64,000 nt of DNA from the NCBI GenBank assembly GCA_039931775.1, contig JBDTRG010000185.1, forward strand, positions 13,337 through 77,336. The letters are read 5' to 3'. The notes under the pieces are model-generated. The model was not told where the DNA came from, did no database searches, and saw only the letters and a program-made list of their open reading frames with translations. Positions 48,361 through 58,764 of this stretch are shown here, one piece after another. Within the stretch, counting starts at the first letter, position 1. Every line of letters begins with the position of its first letter. The DNA is from Betaproteobacteria bacterium (GTDB lineage: Bacteria; Pseudomonadota; Gammaproteobacteria; Burkholderiales; Casimicrobiaceae). A program made the translations under genes and the position numbers.

Positions 48361-49767
48361 GTGTCGCGCGTGAAAGGATCCGGGGACCCTGCCGGTACGT
48401 CTACCAGCCCTGCACCGTCCGAAACACCCGCGATGGGTACCCCCGCGGCTGCGGCGGTCATCCCGGTCTCGCTGCTGGTGAGCTCGGCACGGCTCATTCT
48501 GGAGCGCCACCTCGGGCTCGTCTGGGTTTCCGGCGAAATCTCCAACTTCACGCGCGCCGCGTCGGGCCATTGTTATTTCAACCTGAAGGACGCGGGTGCG
48601 CAGGTGCGCTGCGTTTTCTTCAGGCAAAAGGCGCAGTTCGCGGGCTTTGCGCTGAAGGACGGCCTGGCCATCGAGGTTCGCGCGACCGCGTCGATCTTCG
48701 AAGCCCGCGGCGAATTCCAGCTCAACGTCGAAACCGTCCGGCTCGCCGGCATCGGCGCGCTGTACGAGAAGTTCGAACGGCTTAAGGCGAGGCTCAAAGC
48801 CGCGGGATGGTTTGCAGAGGAGCGCAAACGCGCGCTGCCGGCGTTTCCACGGGCGATCGGCATCGTCACCTCGAAGCGCGCCGCAGCGCTCTCCGACATC
48901 CTGACGACGGTGAAGCGCCGCTGGCCTGCGATGCCGGTGATTCTGTACCCGACCGCCGTTCAGGGAGAAGGCGCGGCGAACGAGATCGCATCGGCAATCG
49001 ACGCCGCCAACGCGCGCGCGGAGGTCGACGTGCTGATCGTCGCCCGCGGCGGCGGCTCGATCGAGGACCTCTGGGCCTTCAACGAAGAGAGCGTCGCGCG
49101 CGCCGTGTTCAAATCGACGATTCCGGTCGTTTCCGGTGTCGGACACGAGACCGACTTCACGATCTGCGACTTCGTTGCCGACGTGCGCGCGCCCACCCCG
49201 ACCGGCGCGGCGACGCTCGTCACGCCGGACCGGCGCGCGGTGATGGCGGGCATCGCGGCGCTGGCCGGCCGCCTTCGCCGTGCCGGTCTTTCCATGCTCG
49301 AGACGATGATCCAGCGCGTCGACGGGCAGGCGCGCCGGCTCGTCCATCCGGCGGCGCGCCTCACGCAGCAGCGCCGGGATGCAGCCCTGCTCGCCAGTCG
49401 ATTGACGCGGGCGTGCCACGGTCAGCTGACGTCGGCCCGGGCTCGCACCGAGGGCGCCGGAGGACGGATCGCGTGGCTGTTGCGCCAGCCGCTCCCGCAG
49501 AAAGCGCGCATTGCGATACAGCGCGACCTGCTGCGCCGCTCGGGCGCGGTGACGGCGGAGCGTTTGCGGGCGCGCGTCGCGACGGCAGAGCAAAGCCTCG
49601 CGCACCTCAATCCGCAAGCGGTGCTGGAACGCGGTTACGCGATCGTCACGACGGCCGGGGGTGTGATCGTCGACGACGCGTCGCGCCTAGCCGTCGGCGA
49701 TGACGTGGCGCTCGCTTTCGCTCGAGGCACTGCGGGCGCGACGATCCGCCGGCGCGACACCGGCTAA
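48361..49767 (+). CDS. xseA: exodeoxyribonuclease VII large subunit
   Basis: OB-fold N-terminus VWVSGEISNF...SGHCYFNLKD and catalytic region IVARGGGSIEDLWAFN. Confidence 0.9.
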   Translation: MSRVKGSGDPAGTSTSPAPSETPAMGTPAAAAVIPVSLLVSSARLILERHLGLVWVSGEISNFTRAASGHCYFNLKDAGAQVRCVFFRQKAQFAGFALKDGLAIEVRATASIFEARGEFQLNVETVRLAGIGALYEKFERLKARLKAAGWFAEERKRALPAFPRAIGIVTSKRAAALSDILTTVKRRWPAMPVILYPTAVQGEGAANEIASAIDAANARAEVDVLIVARGGGSIEDLWAFNEESVARAVFKSTIPVVSGVGHETDFTICDFVADVRAPTPTGAATLVTPDRRAVMAGIAALAGRLRRAGLSMLETMIQRVDGQARRLVHPAARLTQQRRDAALLASRLTRACHGQLTSARARTEGAGGRIAWLLRQPLPQKARIAIQRDLLRRSGAVTAERLRARVATAEQSLAHLNPQAVLERGYAIVTTAGGVIVDDASRLAVGDDVALAFARGTAGATIRRRDTG

Positions 49768-49777
49768 AGGCGCCGAG

Positions 49778-50938
49778 TCACGCCTCGTCGGGATCCGGGT
49801 CGTCGATTGTCCTGCCGCCCGGCGGCGCGGCGGGATTCGACTCGACCCTGGCCTTGATCGTCGGCGTCGAAGTAACTACGTCGGCGTTCTGCGCGCGATG
49901 ACGCAGCGCATGGTCCATCAGCACGATCGCGAGCATCGCCTCGGCGATCGGCGTTGCACGGATGCCGACGCAGGGATCGTGCCGGCCATGCGTGTTGACG
50001 ACCACCGCGCGGCCCGCCTTGTCGATCGAGCGGCGGTCGAGGCGAATCGAGGACGTCGGCTTCACCGCGATCGTGACGACGACGTCCTGGCCGGTGGAAA
50101 TTCCGCCCAGGATCCCGCCGGCGTTATTCGACAGGAATCCCTGCGGCGTCATCTCGTCGGAGTGCTCGCTGCCGCGCTGCGCGACGCTCGCGAAACCCGC
50201 CCCGATTTCCACGCCCTTCACCGCGTTGATCCCCATCATCGCCTGCGCGAGGTCGGCGTCGAGCCGACCGTAGACCGGCTCGCCCCAGCCAACCGGCACG
50301 CCGCTCGCGACGACGGTGATCTTCGCGCCGCAGGAGTCACCCGACTTGCGCAGCGCGTCCATGAACGACTCGAGCTCCGGAACGATCGTCGCGTTGGCGA
50401 CAAAGAATGGATTGGCGCCGACCTCTCCCCAGTTCTCGAAGGGAATCGCCCGGGCGCCGAGCTGTACGAGATGGCCGCGGATCCCGACGCCGTACCGCTG
50501 CGCGAGCCACTTCCGCGCGATGGCGCCGGCGGCGACTCGCACCGCCGTCTCGCGCGCCGATGCGCGACCGCCGCCGCGATAGTCGCGGATTCCATATTTC
50601 TGCCAGTAGGCGTAATCGGCATGGCCTGGCCGAAACGTGTCGGCGATCGCCGCGTAATCCTTGCTGCGCTGATCCTCGTTCCGGATGAGGAGCGCGATCG
50701 GCGTTCCGGTGGTCCGGCCCTCGAACACGCCGGACAGGATCTCGACGGTGTCGCTCTCCCGGCGCTGCGTCACGTGGCGCGACGTTCCCGGTTTGCGCCG
50801 GTCGAGGTCGCGCTGGATGTCGGCCACGTCGAGGGCGAGCCCCGGCGGACAGCCATCGACGACGCAACCGACCGCGGGCCCGTGCGATTCGCCGAACGAC
50901 GTGACGCGATAAAGCGTGCCGAGCGTGTTGCCGGACAT
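49778..50938 (-). CDS. aroC: chorismate synthase
   Basis: [19 protein letters not shown] and GRHDPCV signatures. Confidence 0.95.
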   Translation of the reverse strand: MSGNTLGTLYRVTSFGESHGPAVGCVVDGCPPGLALDVADIQRDLDRRKPGTSRHVTQRRESDTVEILSGVFEGRTTGTPIALLIRNEDQRSKDYAAIADTFRPGHADYAYWQKYGIRDYRGGGRASARETAVRVAAGAIARKWLAQRYGVGIRGHLVQLGARAIPFENWGEVGANPFFVANATIVPELESFMDALRKSGDSCGAKITVVASGVPVGWGEPVYGRLDADLAQAMMGINAVKGVEIGAGFASVAQRGSEHSDEMTPQGFLSNNAGGILGGISTGQDVVVTIAVKPTSSIRLDRRSIDKAGRAVVVNTHGRHDPCVGIRATPIAEAMLAIVLMDHALRHRAQNADVVTSTPTIKARVESNPAAPPGGRTIDDPDPDEA

Positions 50939-51041
50939 GAGGCACCGCGAATCAGAGAGGGGCGGCGGAAGACCGAATCGAGTGTAGCACGGTGAGCGTG
51001 CGCCCTTCCCTGCGCAGAATCGCCGACTCTGCGCAGGGTCG

Positions 51042-53870
51042 TCAGCCGCGAGGCGAGGCGTCGTCGTTCGGCGCAGCGGGGGGCAGTGGCGACACGAAAC
51101 CGATCACCAGCAGCAGGATTCCGACGCCGAGAAATGCGACGACGCGCGGCAGGCCCGACAGCGCGCCGAGATCGACCAGGAACAGCTTGGCGACGACCAC
51201 GGCGAGCAGCGCGGCGCCGAGCATCCACAGTGGGCGCAATCGGCGCCGCGTGGCGGTGACCATCAGCGCCAGCGCCGTCGCCGTCCAGGTCAGCGTCAGT
51301 GTGGCCTGCAGCGGCTTCGAGGCGAGCAGCGATGACCATCGCCACGGGATGCCGATCCACTGATGCGCTGTGCGCAGCACCATGCCATTGAGTGCGACGA
51401 AGAGGCCCGCGCCGACCCATCGGTAGCGCGTGCTTTCGGTGACCCCGGCAAAGCGTCGCGACCACGCGAACAGCGCCGCGAGTGCCCCCGCCAGCGTGAC
51501 GTCGAGCGGATTGGCGAGCGGGAAATACGGAAGCGGCGACGGATCGCCCGGCGACAACGCGTTGACCACAACGAGCCACAGGGCCAGCAACCCGGCGATT
51601 GGACGGCCGGCTCCCATCGTATACGCGTCGCGGTGCGGCGTTGCGGGCCAGCGCGCGCTGTCGGCGAATCGCAACGCGAGCCACAGGAAGGCGATGCTCG
51701 GCAGCGCGGCAGCGCACGCCGTCCACGCCGTGTGCGTCGCGGTGTGGCGCCCGGTCCACTCGCTTGCTTCCCAGGCAATCTGGGCGGTCACCATCAGCGC
51801 CGACGCGGCGTGAACCGTGCGCAGCAGGTCGCTCGAAACCAATGCGTGGCCACCGGGCGCAGCGTCGCCCGTACCGCCTTCATCGGCGCGCCGCAGGACG
51901 AGCCAATGCACGATCCACGCGCACGGCCAGACGATCCATCCGAAGTGGGTGAGCGTGGTTCGCGCGCGTTCGAAGTCCCCCACCGCCGCCAGTGCCATCG
52001 CCGGCAACAGCGCGACGCCTGCGCCCGCGAGGCGGGTCCAGGCGAGCGGTCGCGCGACGACGAGCGCTGCCGCTACGGAGGCGCTCACCCAGGCGAGGAT
52101 GGCGTGCAATCCCGCCGCGTGCGACAGGTGCCGCGATAGTTCGACCCCTCCGGCGCCGAGCCACCACAGCACGGCCCAGGCAAACACGAGCGGAATGAGG
52201 CGGCGTTCGCGCGGCCCAAGCAGATCGCCTGCGCGGTCGGCGATCCTTGCGGTCACGAAGCCCGACACCGCGATCAGCAGCGCACCGAAAAAGTGTGCGT
52301 TGATGAAGAGGCGCCCGTCGCCATCCGGTGCGTCCGAAATGACCAACGCGACGCCTGCGCCCAGTTCGACCACGAGCGCGAACGCGCGTGCGAGCAGCGC
52401 TTTCTGCCTTGCCCCGATCCAGTAGACGCCCACCGCCTCGACCGCCCAGAGCGCCGCGGTGGCGCGATTGTCGAGTGCGAAAGGGATTGCGATCGTCGTG
52501 AAGATGACGGCGATCACCATGAAGGCGCGGCACAGGAGCGCAAATCCGGGCTCGACGCGCCGGCGCAGCGCGAGATGGAGCAACGCATAGACGAAGGCCA
52601 GCGCGAGCGCGCTCCACGCGGCGCCATATCGGGCGTCGCTGACGATCGCCGCCTGCAGCGCGAATCCGACGATCGGAACCCCGAAAACGAGGAGCCCGTC
52701 GACCGGGTCCCTCGCCGCGAGCGGCCCGCGCTGCGCGTAGAGGATCGCGATCGTCACGTAGAAGACGAAGAAGAGGACGAGAAACGGCTGGACGACGGCG
52801 TAGTGCTCCGGCTGGTAGAAACCGGAGCCCCAGAAGGCGCCGAGCACGAAGGTGGACACGAAGCCGAGCGCGTTCAACCCCCGCCAGGCCCGCACCCAGG
52901 CGAGCGCGAAGACCGCGCCGTTCAGCACCGCGAAGTAGCCGAAGAGCACGATCGGGTCGCCACCCGTGGCGACCAGCATCGGCGCAAGGAATCCGCCGGC
53001 GATCGCGAGGCCCGCCAGCGCCTGCGAATCGTAGCGAATGGCCAGGCCGACGGTCAGGACGGCCACGGCGACGAGCAGAACGATCGTCGTCAGCTCGGGC
53101 AGCACGCCGTACAGACGGAATGCCGCGAACGTCGTCAGATACAGGATGCCGGCACCGGCGCCCGACAGCGACAACCCATACGCGGGTCGCGACCGGGAGA
53201 GGTACCGACCCAGCGCGATCAGCACGAACCCGCCCGCCGCCACCGCAGCAAGACGCAGCTCGATCGGAAACGTGAAATGCTCGGCGAAATACTTGAGCAG
53301 AAACGCGACGCCGAAGAACAGCACGACGACGCCGATGCGGGTGAGCGCGTTGCCGCCGGTGAACCACGCCCACAGCGGATTGGCCTTCGCCGGCGTCGGC
53401 GCCGGCGTATCGCGAGGCGATGGCGGGAGCGCGGACGCGGGCGCCGTCGGCTCGCCCGACTCGAACGGTGCGGGGACGCCGTCGTTCGCGGGCTTTGGCA
53501 TCCGATCCTGCCCGGGCAGCGTGCCGTCGTCGTCCCGAAACGACTCGGCACGCGAAGCGACCGGCGGTTGCGCCGCCGCGACACGGGCCCCGCCCCGCTC
53601 CAGCGCAGCGACACGCTCCTCGAGCGCGGCGATCCGTCGCAGCAACGCTTGCTCGCCCTGCGTGTGCGCCGTTTGCCCGGGCCCTGCCGCGCGGGCCACG
53701 GGCGCGGAACCGCCCGGCGCCTTCGCGGACGCACCCGATGCCCGCGCACGCAGCGCATTGAACTTCGCGCCGAGGACGAAGCCGGCGATGCCGCCGAGTG
53801 CCGCCCCCCAGTCGCGCCACAGCATGTGCCCGACGAACGCCCCGATGAAAAGTCCGATCAACGCCGCCAT
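51042..53870 (-). CDS. DUF2339-type large polytopic membrane protein
   Basis: N-terminal TM segment, then the coiled coil [17 protein letters not shown], then more than 20 hydrophobic helices. 942 aa. Confidence 0.8.
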   Translation of the reverse strand: MAALIGLFIGAFVGHMLWRDWGAALGGIAGFVLGAKFNALRARASGASAKAPGGSAPVARAAGPGQTAHTQGEQALLRRIAALEERVAALERGGARVAAAQPPVASRAESFRDDDGTLPGQDRMPKPANDGVPAPFESGEPTAPASALPPSPRDTPAPTPAKANPLWAWFTGGNALTRIGVVVLFFGVAFLLKYFAEHFTFPIELRLAAVAAGGFVLIALGRYLSRSRPAYGLSLSGAGAGILYLTTFAAFRLYGVLPELTTIVLLVAVAVLTVGLAIRYDSQALAGLAIAGGFLAPMLVATGGDPIVLFGYFAVLNGAVFALAWVRAWRGLNALGFVSTFVLGAFWGSGFYQPEHYAVVQPFLVLFFVFYVTIAILYAQRGPLAARDPVDGLLVFGVPIVGFALQAAIVSDARYGAAWSALALAFVYALLHLALRRRVEPGFALLCRAFMVIAVIFTTIAIPFALDNRATAALWAVEAVGVYWIGARQKALLARAFALVVELGAGVALVISDAPDGDGRLFINAHFFGALLIAVSGFVTARIADRAGDLLGPRERRLIPLVFAWAVLWWLGAGGVELSRHLSHAAGLHAILAWVSASVAAALVVARPLAWTRLAGAGVALLPAMALAAVGDFERARTTLTHFGWIVWPCAWIVHWLVLRRADEGGTGDAAPGGHALVSSDLLRTVHAASALMVTAQIAWEASEWTGRHTATHTAWTACAAALPSIAFLWLALRFADSARWPATPHRDAYTMGAGRPIAGLLALWLVVVNALSPGDPSPLPYFPLANPLDVTLAGALAALFAWSRRFAGVTESTRYRWVGAGLFVALNGMVLRTAHQWIGIPWRWSSLLASKPLQATLTLTWTATALALMVTATRRRLRPLWMLGAALLAVVVAKLFLVDLGALSGLPRVVAFLGVGILLLVIGFVSPLPPAAPNDDASPRG

Positions 53871-53897
53871 GGCCGCCTTTCGCTCGCGATCACGATG

Positions 53898-55781
53898 TCA
53901 CCGGCGATCGCCGCGCAGCGCGAGCACCGTCGCCTGCAGTCCTTCGAGCGTCACGCGCTCCGGCGGCACCGGCTTAGCTGCGATGAGCGCGATCCGCGAA
54001 AAGATGCCGCGCAGCCTGCGCATGGCACGGCCGTCGGAGGCGCGGCTGAAAAAACTTCCCCAGAGTCCCGAAAGCGCCATCGGCACGACCGGTACGGGGG
54101 TGGTCGCGACCATCTGCTGCACGCCCGGCCGGAACGGGTTCAACTCGCCGGTGTCCGTGAGCTTGCCTTCGGGAAAGATGCCGACGATTTCGCCGGCGGA
54201 GAGCGCGTCCGCCGCCTCGGCGAACGCGCGGTCCTTCATCCTCGCGTCTTCCTTTGCCCCCGCGATCGGGATCGTGCGCATCGTGCGGAAGATGAACGAG
54301 AGGAGTGGCACTCGAAAGATCCGGTGATCCATCACGAACCGGATCGGGCGGCGCACCGACGCGGCGATGACGATGGCGTCGACGTAGCTCACGTGATTGC
54401 AGACCACGATGCAGGCGCCGTCGTCGGGGATGTTTTCGAGGCCGCGCTTGTCGACGCGATAAAACGTGTGGATCAGGAGCCAGGCCAGGAAGCGCATCAG
54501 GAACTCGGGGACGAGTCCGTAGATGAAGACCGCGACCGCCGCGTTCATGACCGCCGTGACGAGGAAGAGCTCGGGGATCGACAGGCCGACCTTGAGCAGC
54601 AGGATCGCGAGACCCGCAGAGACCACCATGAACAGCGCATTGAGGATGTTGTTCGCGGCGATGATCCGCGACCGGTGCGACGGCATCGATCGCTCCTGGA
54701 TCAGCGCGTAGAGCGGCACGATGTAGAAGCCGCCGAAGAGTCCGATCAGCACGAGGTCCGCCGCGACGCGCCAATGAGCGGGATTCGCGAAGAACACGTC
54801 CAGCCCCGCCAGCCGGGTCGCACCGAGGTTCCGGGAGGCGAGCCACAGGTCGATCGCGAAGAGCGTCAGGCCGATCGAGCCGAACGGGACGAGACCCAAC
54901 TCGACCCGGCGCCCGGACAGCCGCTCGCACAGCAGCGATCCGATGCCGATGCCGATCGAGAACAGCGCGAGCAGCACGGTGACGACGTGCTCGTTGCCGC
55001 CCAGGACGTCCCGGGAGAACCCGGCGAACTGCGCGAGGAACGTCGCGCCGTAGAACCAGAACCACGAAATGCCGAGCATCGACAGCCAGACGACCCGGTT
55101 TCCCTGCGCGAGCTTGAGGTTTCGCCACGTCTCGCTGAACGGGTTCCAGTTGATCGCCAGCGCGGGATCCACCGCCGGCGTGTGCGGGATCCCGCGGCTC
55201 ACGACGTAGCCGAGAATCGCCACAGCGACCGCGACCGCGCCGGCGATCACGGGCCCGCTCCCTTCGATCGCGACGACGAGGCCGCCGGCGATCGTCCCGA
55301 GCAGGATCGCGACGAACGTCCCCATCTCGACCAGCCCATTGCCGCCGATCAGCTCGTCGGGTTTCAAGTGCTGCGGCAGGATGGCGTACTTGACCGGCCC
55401 GAAGAGCGTCGAGTGCACGCCCATCAGCGCAAGGCCGGTGAACAGCATCGCGATGTCGCGCATCCAGAAGCCGGCGAGGCCCAGCGCCATGATCACGATC
55501 TCGAACAGCTTTATCCAGCGGATCAGGCGCGACTTCTCGAACTTGTCGGCGAGCTGGCCGGACGTCGCGGAGAGCAGCACGAACGGCGCGATGAACACGG
55601 CGCCGGCCAGGTTGACGAGCGAATTCGGATCGAGCGACGTGAGGCTCGCCGCATGGAACGCGACGAAGATGACCAGTGCGTTCTTGTAGACGTTGTCGTT
55701 GCCGGCGCTCAAGAACTGCGTCCAGAAGAACGGGGCGAAACGGCGCTCCTTCAGGAGGTCGAACTGGCTGGGTTCGTGCAT
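53898..55781 (-). CDS. MFS (LplT-like) transporter fused to PlsC-type acyltransferase
   Basis: The N-terminal MFS part starts [26 protein letters not shown]. The C-terminal part has the acyltransferase motifs VCNHVSYVD (HX4D) and FPEGK. The start lies inside track ORF 53898..55913. Confidence 0.85.
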   Translation of the reverse strand: MHEPSQFDLLKERRFAPFFWTQFLSAGNDNVYKNALVIFVAFHAASLTSLDPNSLVNLAGAVFIAPFVLLSATSGQLADKFEKSRLIRWIKLFEIVIMALGLAGFWMRDIAMLFTGLALMGVHSTLFGPVKYAILPQHLKPDELIGGNGLVEMGTFVAILLGTIAGGLVVAIEGSGPVIAGAVAVAVAILGYVVSRGIPHTPAVDPALAINWNPFSETWRNLKLAQGNRVVWLSMLGISWFWFYGATFLAQFAGFSRDVLGGNEHVVTVLLALFSIGIGIGSLLCERLSGRRVELGLVPFGSIGLTLFAIDLWLASRNLGATRLAGLDVFFANPAHWRVAADLVLIGLFGGFYIVPLYALIQERSMPSHRSRIIAANNILNALFMVVSAGLAILLLKVGLSIPELFLVTAVMNAAVAVFIYGLVPEFLMRFLAWLLIHTFYRVDKRGLENIPDDGACIVVCNHVSYVDAIVIAASVRRPIRFVMDHRIFRVPLLSFIFRTMRTIPIAGAKEDARMKDRAFAEAADALSAGEIVGIFPEGKLTDTGELNPFRPGVQQMVATTPVPVVPMALSGLWGSFFSRASDGRAMRRLRGIFSRIALIAAKPVPPERVTLEGLQATVLALRGDRR

Positions 55782-55946
55782 GCGTTTCGACTCCGGTTGC
55801 CTGTGGCCTCTCGCAAGTATGCCGGGAAGTCGGCCTTCCGTACGAGTCGACTTGAGCCGCGGGACGCTACAATGCGCGACGCGGAACGACGGCAATCGTG
55901 CAGCGACCGTCAATCATTTCGCCAATCCTCGATAGAGTCGTCGCCT

Positions 55947-56741
55947 ATGCGCCAATACCTCGATTTCATGCGGCACGTCCGCGACCACGGATATCCGAAG
56001 GACGACCGGACCGGAACCGGCACGCTATCGGTGTTCGGCTACCAGATGCGCTTTCCGCTGGCCGAGGGCTTTCCGCTGCTGACGACGAAGCGGGTCCATA
56101 CCAAGTCGATCATCCACGAGCTGCTGTGGTTTCTGCGCGGAGAGACCAACGCGCGATCGCTGCAGCAGGTCGGGGTGACCATCTGGGACGAATGGGCCGA
56201 CGCCGACGGCCAGCTCGGACCGATCTACGGCTACCAATGGCGAAGCTGGCCCGCGGGAGACGGCCGCCACGTCGATCAGCTCGCCAATGTCGTCGCGGAC
56301 ATCAAGCGCAATCCCGATTCCCGGCGCCTCATCGTCTCCGCATGGAACGTCGGCGACATCCCGCTGATGAAGCTGCCGCCGTGCCACGCATTCTTCCAGT
56401 TCTACGTCGCAGGAGGCCGGTTGTCGTGCCAGCTCTACCAGCGAAGCTGCGACATCTTTCTCGGCGTTCCCTTCAACATCGCGTCGTACGCGCTGCTGAC
56501 GCACCTCGTCGCGCAGCAATGCGATCTGGACGTCGGCGATTTCGTCTGGACGGGCGGGGACTGCCACCTGTACTCGAACCACATGGAGCAGGTCGAACTG
56601 CAGCTCGCGCGCGCGCCATTTCCGTTGCCGCGCCTCGTAATCAAGCGACGCGCAGAATCGCTGTTCGACTACAAGTTCGAGGACATCGAGATCGCCGATT
56701 ATGTCTTTCACCCGGCGATCAGGGCGCCGGTGGCCGTTTGA
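55947..56741 (+). CDS. thyA: thymidylate synthase
   Basis: [11 protein letters not shown]...DRTGTGT...[12 protein letters not shown]...DCHLY. This 264-aa protein is the in-frame tail of the spurious 1482-aa track ORF 52293..56741. Confidence 0.95.
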   Translation: MRQYLDFMRHVRDHGYPKDDRTGTGTLSVFGYQMRFPLAEGFPLLTTKRVHTKSIIHELLWFLRGETNARSLQQVGVTIWDEWADADGQLGPIYGYQWRSWPAGDGRHVDQLANVVADIKRNPDSRRLIVSAWNVGDIPLMKLPPCHAFFQFYVAGGRLSCQLYQRSCDIFLGVPFNIASYALLTHLVAQQCDLDVGDFVWTGGDCHLYSNHMEQVELQLARAPFPLPRLVIKRRAESLFDYKFEDIEIADYVFHPAIRAPVAV

Positions 56742-56760
56742 CGGGGCGGCAGGCGCGGGC

Positions 56761-56793
56761 AAAAAAAAGCCCGCCGGGAGGAAGATAGCGGGC
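56761..56793 (-). terminator. rho-independent terminator of the sigma-54-driven transcript
   Basis: The minus strand reads GCCCGC-tatcttcctcccg-GCGGGC followed by T8. There is no equivalent T-run on the plus strand. Confidence 0.6.
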
Positions 56794-56895
56794 AAGGGGG
56801 ATCGTGCTGCCGGCGGCGCTCGCCGTCGATGCGCGCGGTCGGGTCGACTGCGGCTCGATGGCGAACCTGAATGCGCGCCGGCAAAAACCGGGGAT

Positions 56896-57060
56896 TCAAT
56901 AGACGCTGCGTGCAGCGCTGACGCGCTCGGCCAGTTCCTCCAGAGCTTCCTGTTGCGCCGGCGACAATTCATCGTCGTGCGAAACGTCGACGCGATCGTC
57001 CGCCGCCGCCGGCTGAGCGGCCAGCCAGTGTTGCGCGAATTCGGGTGAGAAGGCGTCCAT
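56896..57060 (-). CDS. 54-aa acidic small protein (or non-coding transcript) downstream of a sigma-54 promoter
   Basis: MDAFSPEFAQHWLAAQPAAADDRVDVSHDDELSPAQQEALEELAERVSAARSVY. By hand count GC3 is about 72 % and GC2 about 44 %, which fits coding. The Shine-Dalgarno is weak. The 5' part of track ORF 56896..57117 contains the promoter, so it is not coding. Confidence 0.45.
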   Translation of the reverse strand: MDAFSPEFAQHWLAAQPAAADDRVDVSHDDELSPAQQEALEELAERVSAARSVY

Positions 57061-57100
57061 GATCGTTGGGTCGTTGCTTGTCCAGTCCTGATTACACCTA

Positions 57101-57116
57101 AGCAATTCGTGTGCCA
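57101..57116 (-). promoter_or_regulatory. sigma-54 (-24/-12) promoter
   Basis: The minus strand reads TGGCAC-ACGAA-TTGCT, matching the consensus TGGCAC-N5-TTGCW. It lies about 41 nt upstream of the ATG at 57060. Confidence 0.7.
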
Positions 57117-57225
57117 CCTGAAGTTGCCGCCGGCCGGCCGGACCTCGACAAACGATATTCCCCTCGTAGGATCGCGTTTGGGCACGATGGTTGCAGTAAA
57201 TACTTGACGTGTTCGAGGAGAGGTT

Positions 57226-57243
57226 TGTCGCATTTTGCCGACA
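57226..57243. promoter_or_regulatory. enhancer-binding-protein site, TGTC-N10-GACA (proximal)
   Basis: TGTCGCATTTTGCCGACA, about 120 bp upstream of the -24 element. It matches the GlrR/QseF binding consensus described for E. coli glmY. Confidence 0.65.
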
Positions 57244-57290
57244 ACTAATGTGGCAAACGTGCTAATCGATTGAATCGTTGCAATAATAAA

Positions 57291-57308
57291 TGTCGCCTCT
57301 AAGCGACA
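57291..57308. promoter_or_regulatory. enhancer-binding-protein site, TGTC-N10-GACA (distal)
   Basis: TGTCGCCTCTAAGCGACA, a perfect 6+6 palindrome TGTCGC/GCGACA, about 185 bp upstream of the -24 element. Confidence 0.65.
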
Positions 57309-57388
57309 ACGTCCAGGCGGACGCGGCGGCTGCGCACCCGAAAAATGCCATTGGAATGGCAGGAATGACGATGGATCACCCCGATGTC

Positions 57389-58753
57389 TCAGGGCGCCTT
57401 GCCTTCCTTGAACATCGCCGGCTCGAGCCGATGGCGCTGAAGGAGCTTGTAGAACTCCGTCCGATTGCGCTTGGCGAGCAGTGCAGCCTGCGTGACGTTG
57501 CCGCCGGTAATCTTTAAGAGGCGCACCAGGTAATCGCGCTCGAAGGTCTTGCGCGCCTCTTCGAAAGGCACCAGTGCGCTCGCGTCCTCGCGCAGCGCAC
57601 CCTGGACCAGCGAGTCCGGAATGAGGTTCGTCGTCGCCAGCGCGACGGCCTGCTCGAGCAGGTTCAGCAGCTGGCGCACGTTGCCGGGCCACGGTGCCGC
57701 GATCAGCAGCGCCATCGCGTCGGGGGCGAGCGTCGGGACCGGCCGCTTGTAGCGTTCGGCGAGCCTTCGCAGCGAATGCGTCGCGAGCAGCGGAATGTCC
57801 TCCCGCCGATCGGCAAGCGGCGGCAGCTTCAGAGACACGACGTTGAGCCGGTAGTAGAGGTCCTCGCGAAAATGCCCGGTCGCGCGCTGCGCGTCGAGGT
57901 CGCGATGGGTCGCCGAGATCACGCGAACGTCGATGGGGAGCGGCTGGGTCGCTCCCACCGGTCGCACCTCGCCCTCCTGCAGGACGCGCAGCAACTTCAC
58001 CTGCAACGCCATCGGCATGTCGCCGATCTCGTCAAGAAAGATGGTCCCGCCGTCGGCCGCCTGGAAGAGCCCCTTGTGCGCCTGGACCGCCCCGGAGAAC
58101 GCCCCGCGCGCATGACCGAAGAGCTCCGACTCCAGCAGCGGTTCCGGGATGGCGCCGCAGTTCACCGCGACGAACGGCTTGTCGCGACGCGGACTCGCGC
58201 GGTGAATCGCGCGCGCCAGCAGCTCTTTCCCGGTGCCGGAATCGCCATAGATAAGGACGCTCGCGTCCGAATCGGCAACGAGGCGCGCCTGACGCAGCAG
58301 ATCCTCCATCTTCGGACTTCGCGTGATGATTCCGGCGCGCCATTCGCCCGTCGTGTCGGGACTTCCGGCCGGCGTGTCGCCGGCGAGCCGAAGCGCCGCC
58401 GCGACCTTCTGGAGCAGGTCCTGGCTGTCGAACGGCTTGGTCAGGAAACCGAACACGCCGCGTTGCGTCGCGGCGACGGCGTCGGGAATCGTGCCGTGCG
58501 CCGTAAGAATGATGACCGGCAGCGCCGGATGTTCGCGATGGATGGCTTCGAAGAGCTGCAGCCCGTCGATGCCCGGCATCCGAAGGTCCGTGATCACCAC
58601 CCCGGGGCGGGCCACGGCAAGCGCGCCGAGCGCCGCCTCGCCGCTGTCGGCCGTCCGCACACGGTACCCGACGGACCCGAGCCGCAAGCTGATGAGCTTG
58701 AGCAGATCGGGATCGTCGTCGACCAGCAGAATGTCGCCCGTGGGCATGGCCAT
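57389..58753 (-). CDS. glrR: sigma-54-dependent response regulator (GlrR/QseF-like)
   Basis: REC domain ILLVDDDPDL...VVITDLRMPGIDG. AAA+ domain with GDSGTGKE and ESELFGH (GAFTGA-like GAFSGA). C-terminal HTH. 454 aa, starting at MAMPTGD inside track ORF 57389..59668. The symbol is assigned from the three-gene architecture plus the TGTC-N10-GACA sites, not from a database search. Confidence 0.85.
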   Translation of the reverse strand: MAMPTGDILLVDDDPDLLKLISLRLGSVGYRVRTADSGEAALGALAVARPGVVITDLRMPGIDGLQLFEAIHREHPALPVIILTAHGTIPDAVAATQRGVFGFLTKPFDSQDLLQKVAAALRLAGDTPAGSPDTTGEWRAGIITRSPKMEDLLRQARLVADSDASVLIYGDSGTGKELLARAIHRASPRRDKPFVAVNCGAIPEPLLESELFGHARGAFSGAVQAHKGLFQAADGGTIFLDEIGDMPMALQVKLLRVLQEGEVRPVGATQPLPIDVRVISATHRDLDAQRATGHFREDLYYRLNVVSLKLPPLADRREDIPLLATHSLRRLAERYKRPVPTLAPDAMALLIAAPWPGNVRQLLNLLEQAVALATTNLIPDSLVQGALREDASALVPFEEARKTFERDYLVRLLKITGGNVTQAALLAKRNRTEFYKLLQRHRLEPAMFKEGKAP

Positions 58754-58764
58754 GATCTTCGGGG

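Noticed and set aside
52293-56741. 1482-aa plus-strand ORF, the longest in the track
   Set aside because: Only its last 264 codons (thyA, 55947-56741) look like a real protein. The rest is Arg/Asp/Glu/His-rich low-complexity sequence antisense to the DUF2339 and LplT-like genes. This is a typical stop-codon-poor antisense frame in high-GC DNA.
56755-56774. GCGGGC-A8-GCCCGC hairpin as the thyA (plus-strand) terminator
   Set aside because: On the plus strand no T-run follows the stem. The T8 run is on the minus strand and works with the alternative stem at 56769-56793. I therefore assigned the terminator to the sigma-54-driven minus-strand transcript.
57290-57517. 75-aa plus-strand ORF downstream of the plus-oriented sigma-54-like motif
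   Set aside because: It overlaps the 3' end of the activator gene by about 130 nt on the opposite strand, has no Shine-Dalgarno and has an unremarkable composition. If anything is made here it is more likely an RNA.
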